Part shown: positions 60,728-64,000 of the stretch, piece by piece
How the letters are laid out: every line of letters begins with the position of its first letter
Position numbering within the stretch: the stretch's first letter is position 1
From: Zygnema circumcarinatum SAG 698-1b
Taxonomy: Eukaryota; Plantae; Zygnematophyceae
NCBI GenBank assembly: GCA_037447605.1
Contig: CM074820.1
Location: 930,001-994,000, forward strand
DNA length: 64,000 nucleotides
Direction of reading: 5' to 3'
Translations under genes and position numbers: made by a program
Notes under the pieces: model-generated
Told to the model about the DNA's origin: nothing
The model's database searches: none
The model's input: only the letters and a program-made list of their open reading frames with translations

Positions 60728-63700
60728 ATGGCAGTTGGCTCTTGGAAGTATCGCTCGGGCCTGCTCCTGATTGCCGCTGTGGTGCTTATATGGGTGGCTT
60801 CGGCGGAAGTGACGCAGGTATCGCTCGATTAGTCTGCAGATCATTCTCTCCTGGAACTCGTTCACACCTAGTTTTGAATACTTTTGATCCAGGGGATGAT
60901 CCTGTTGCATTGCAGAAGGATCCGTTGTCTGATTGTGCTTTTGACGTATCAGATAGCAATGTGGTTTTTTCATCAGCCTTCATTTTAGATGCGGATCAAT
61001 AGAGGTCAAGAGGATGAGGAACGCTTGACTCATTCTCCTCTTGGACTTTCGAGCATCTCGAGCCTGGCCTTGAGTAGATCACTTGCAATTCGAACTAGCT
61101 GTTTGGCGTTGTTCTATCGTATCAATTCGTTCTTGGGGACATTGGTCTTGCTAAGGTAAATACACTCCTTAAGACGTTCAGCAATGTCAGCTGTATCACA
61201 GCGAATCTAATTGGTAGTTGATTTCTGTTTTTTTTTTTGGCCGTGAAGCTCATTTTTACGAAGTATCGGCATCCGTTTGTCCTGACTTGGCTCGGTGCTT
61301 CTTTACTCGCCATATACCTTCCCATATCCCTGTTGAAGGACTATATTCAATCATTCGCCAAAACTTCTGGCGCAAAACCTCCTAAAACCAAACATACTGA
61401 ACAGGCAGATCACTCACCTCGCGTCCCAATTTCCCTCTCCCCAAGATCAGTCACCAAGCAGGAAATAGAGCTCCAACGCTTGACAAATGGATCTGGGGAG
61501 TTGGATGGTCTGGAAGAAGGCAAAAGCCTTCTCTCCCCTCGCCTTATTGCCAGAGATAAGCTATCAGTGCAGCACACACAGCTCACTCTCCGTGAGCTCT
61601 TTCACGTGGCATTGGTTCTCGCCCCGCTATGGCTCCTGACAGAGGTGAACTCCGTCCCAGAACTTCCCGTCATATGTATTTCGGGAGTTACCATCTCACA
61701 GCTTCACCATTGATGGAAATTCAGAGAGAGCGAGGGATCAGCAGGATGGTTTAATAAGTGACAGTGGATTTCTTGTAGATCTCAGTGAACTTCTTAGGTG
61801 AAAATCTTCCAGCTCTTGATATGTTCCGTCTATAGACATTGAAACTTGCATTATTGATATCCGTCCAGATTAGTTGTAGATGATGAAGCTAATTTTTTTT
61901 AGTGGCTATTTTCAGCTTTTTGCTGAAATTCGCTGTTTGGAATCCTTCTATAGCTAGTGCTGGATTAAGGCCTGAGTTCTGGCCGCATTTTTGGGGGAAC
62001 TTGTGTTTCTTTTTTATGTTTCAGTATTTATCTAACGCGTCATTATCCCTCACAAGCGTTGCAAGTACGACTATTTTATCATCAACTTCTGGCCTTTTCA
62101 CACTTTTCTTTGGAGTCAGCTTAGGGCAAGACTCCCTGACTACGGCAAAAGTCGTAGCGGTTTTGGTGACAATTGCTGGAGTCATTATGACAGAGCTTGG
62201 GAAGTCGACCGCTTCTGATGACCAACTCCTATCAGGAGACAGAATGCCTGGCGACACAGCGGGAGAGTCCGGGTAAGCGATGATTTCGATCATGTTACTT
62301 GATTAGAGGAAGGGTAGAAAGGCCCAAAGCACGGGTAGAGATCATACCGCTAGCTACTTTTTGGGCTTTTTCTGGACTAAGCTTGGAAAGTTAGCATGGA
62401 AAGTTACTTGTTGGCCAGTTCAAAATCAAAAGTTTTTGTTATGTAGTAACTATACATACGGCTGAAGGTCTTGTATGACCTGAATTTGCTGAACACGTCG
62501 ACTGTAGTGTTCCATTCAGTTCCTGGCAGGCACAACAATGTGGAAAGTAGTCCTGTAGTTTGATCTGGTTGGTGCTTATCAAAGAGTATCCGACCAATAT
62601 TAATGGCTCACCCTAGCTCTCCTCATTTCTGTTGATGACTTGAAAAGGTGGTAGTTCTTATGCTTAGGGCAGTCCATTCAACGTTAATTCGTGGTTCATT
62701 AAAAGGCCGATGTTGACTGATGTAGGTTGGCGGGCCATACTCTTGTTGGAGATCTATTTGGCCTTGCATCTGCAGCCTCCTACGGCTTTTATACGAGTAG
62801 GTTGATCCCTCCCGTTCCATTCACATGTCACTGTCGGGAAAAGCTCAAGTCCGATACACCATTTGGGTGTAAGTTATTTTGCGTCGACTGAGGAGTCGCA
62901 TAACCCATCCTTACAGAATAAATCGTTCTATGTCAACCGCCCACTCTACTTGCTCAATAGCATTTTAGCCAAACACCACACATTTTAGCCACACTACCTA
63001 CGCATCTACACTAATCACCTACCTTCCCATTCCTCCACCATCCTTTGCCGCAACTTCCCTTTCCTCTATCGCTCTGTCTCTGTTTGAGGATTTTGTATAC
63101 ATCGTCCCAGAGTTCGGCTAAGATATGTTCCATTACCTTAGCTTGGTCGACCATTTGAAATAAATCAAGTTCATTCCACTTTGTTTCAGTCGCAAGAGTG
63201 AACTCTCCTATCAAACATGCCTCAGTGTATGAATTTAAATGCCAATAATATTTCTATTTTCCTTCGCTATGAGGTCTTAACGAAACAAACCTGACATGAG
63301 CGTTTTTATGTTTGTTTGAGTGGGTTCAGTAATGCTAAAGAAATATGCTGGCGAGGAGGAGGGCAAGGAGGCTAAAGCCGACATGCAGAAGCTTTTTGGC
63401 TGCATCGGCTTGGTCACTTTTTTCGGCTTATGGTGGTTGGGTGAGCGTTTCCTAATTCCAAGTAGACAGGCCACTGTTGCACTTTAGCAGCTCACGTGTT
63501 TTGACGTTTCAGAGCGTTTGAGGAAGTTTGTCACAACTTAGCACGAAAAAGTGAGCCACACTCTTAAGTTTCCTTAGACGAAAGTAGGGGGAGCAACTGC
63601 GTTGATGTTTCATCAAGATCATCCTCAGAACAACAAGTAGTCATTCAGCAAGGCAGTTCGAGAGCATAGTGCTGTGCCTTTCCCTTATAATGGCTTGTTT

Positions 63701-63956
63701 CCTTTTCTTTGGAAGACAGGTGGAATTCGTAATCATGCCGTGAAATGATAAAACTAACTCAAACTCGACATCTGGCTTTTAACTTAAGCTGTAGTATCGC
63801 TTTTGCTCACCTACATTACTGTCAATGTACTTTTGCAGGAATTCCACTGATCTTTGTCGGCTGGGAGCCCTCATTTGGGCTTCCGAGGTCAGTAGGACTC
63901 GATGAAGATATTCTGGCAAACAGCCTTATAGGAAGTGTGGTCTCTGATTATTTCTG
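60728..63956 (+). CDS. EamA/DMT-superfamily transporter, SLC35F5-like, multi-exon, continues beyond window
   Basis: Exon 1 (60728-60817) reads MAVGSWKYRSGLLLIAAVVLIWVASAEVTQ. Later exons encode IFTKYRHPFVLTWLGASL..YLP, YLSNASLSLTSVASTTILSSTSGLFTLFFG, GDLFGLASAASYGFY, DMQKLFGCIG and NSLIGSVVSDYFW. Confidence 0.88.
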
Positions 63957-64000
63957 GTAAGTCGTCCCTTATCATTGTCTGTCTCAGATGCGTGTGACAT

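Overview
Eukaryotic, intron-containing plant-lineage DNA. It is most likely from a streptophyte (charophyte-grade) alga, inferred from an AP2-B3-PB1 RAV gene. The draft assembly has many 10-N gaps, so some junctions may be artefactual. Positions 1-30 kb are a nested retrotransposon cluster: two copies of a chromodomain-bearing Ty3/gypsy lineage; at least five related Ty1/copia LTR families (my labels A, B, D, E, G), including one near-complete family-A element with a 5-bp TSD; a 189-bp LTR (family H) carrying a tRNA-like cloverleaf; and fragments of a CRE-like non-LTR element. Positions 31-64 kb hold five host genes: fatty acyl-CoA reductase (-), TDP1-beta-type FHA/HIRAN tyrosyl-DNA phosphodiesterase (-), TOPORS-like RING E3 ligase (+), RAV transcription factor with C-terminal PB1 (+) and an SLC35F5/EamA-like transporter (+, runs off the window). 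That half also has MITEs, a solo LTR and a telomere-like intronic array. The most striking unexplained signals are: (i) a TAR-like bulged hairpin conserved in the R/U5 region of all five Copia families, followed by a Gag start codon inside the LTR in frame with the LTR end; (ii) a tRNA-like module inside a short LTR; (iii) a textbook -1 frameshift cassette in the gypsy element; (iv) a CGTCCGTACA (GTAC-core) motif shared by unrelated elements and a host promoter. Exon boundaries and alignments were read by eye; nothing was computed or searched.
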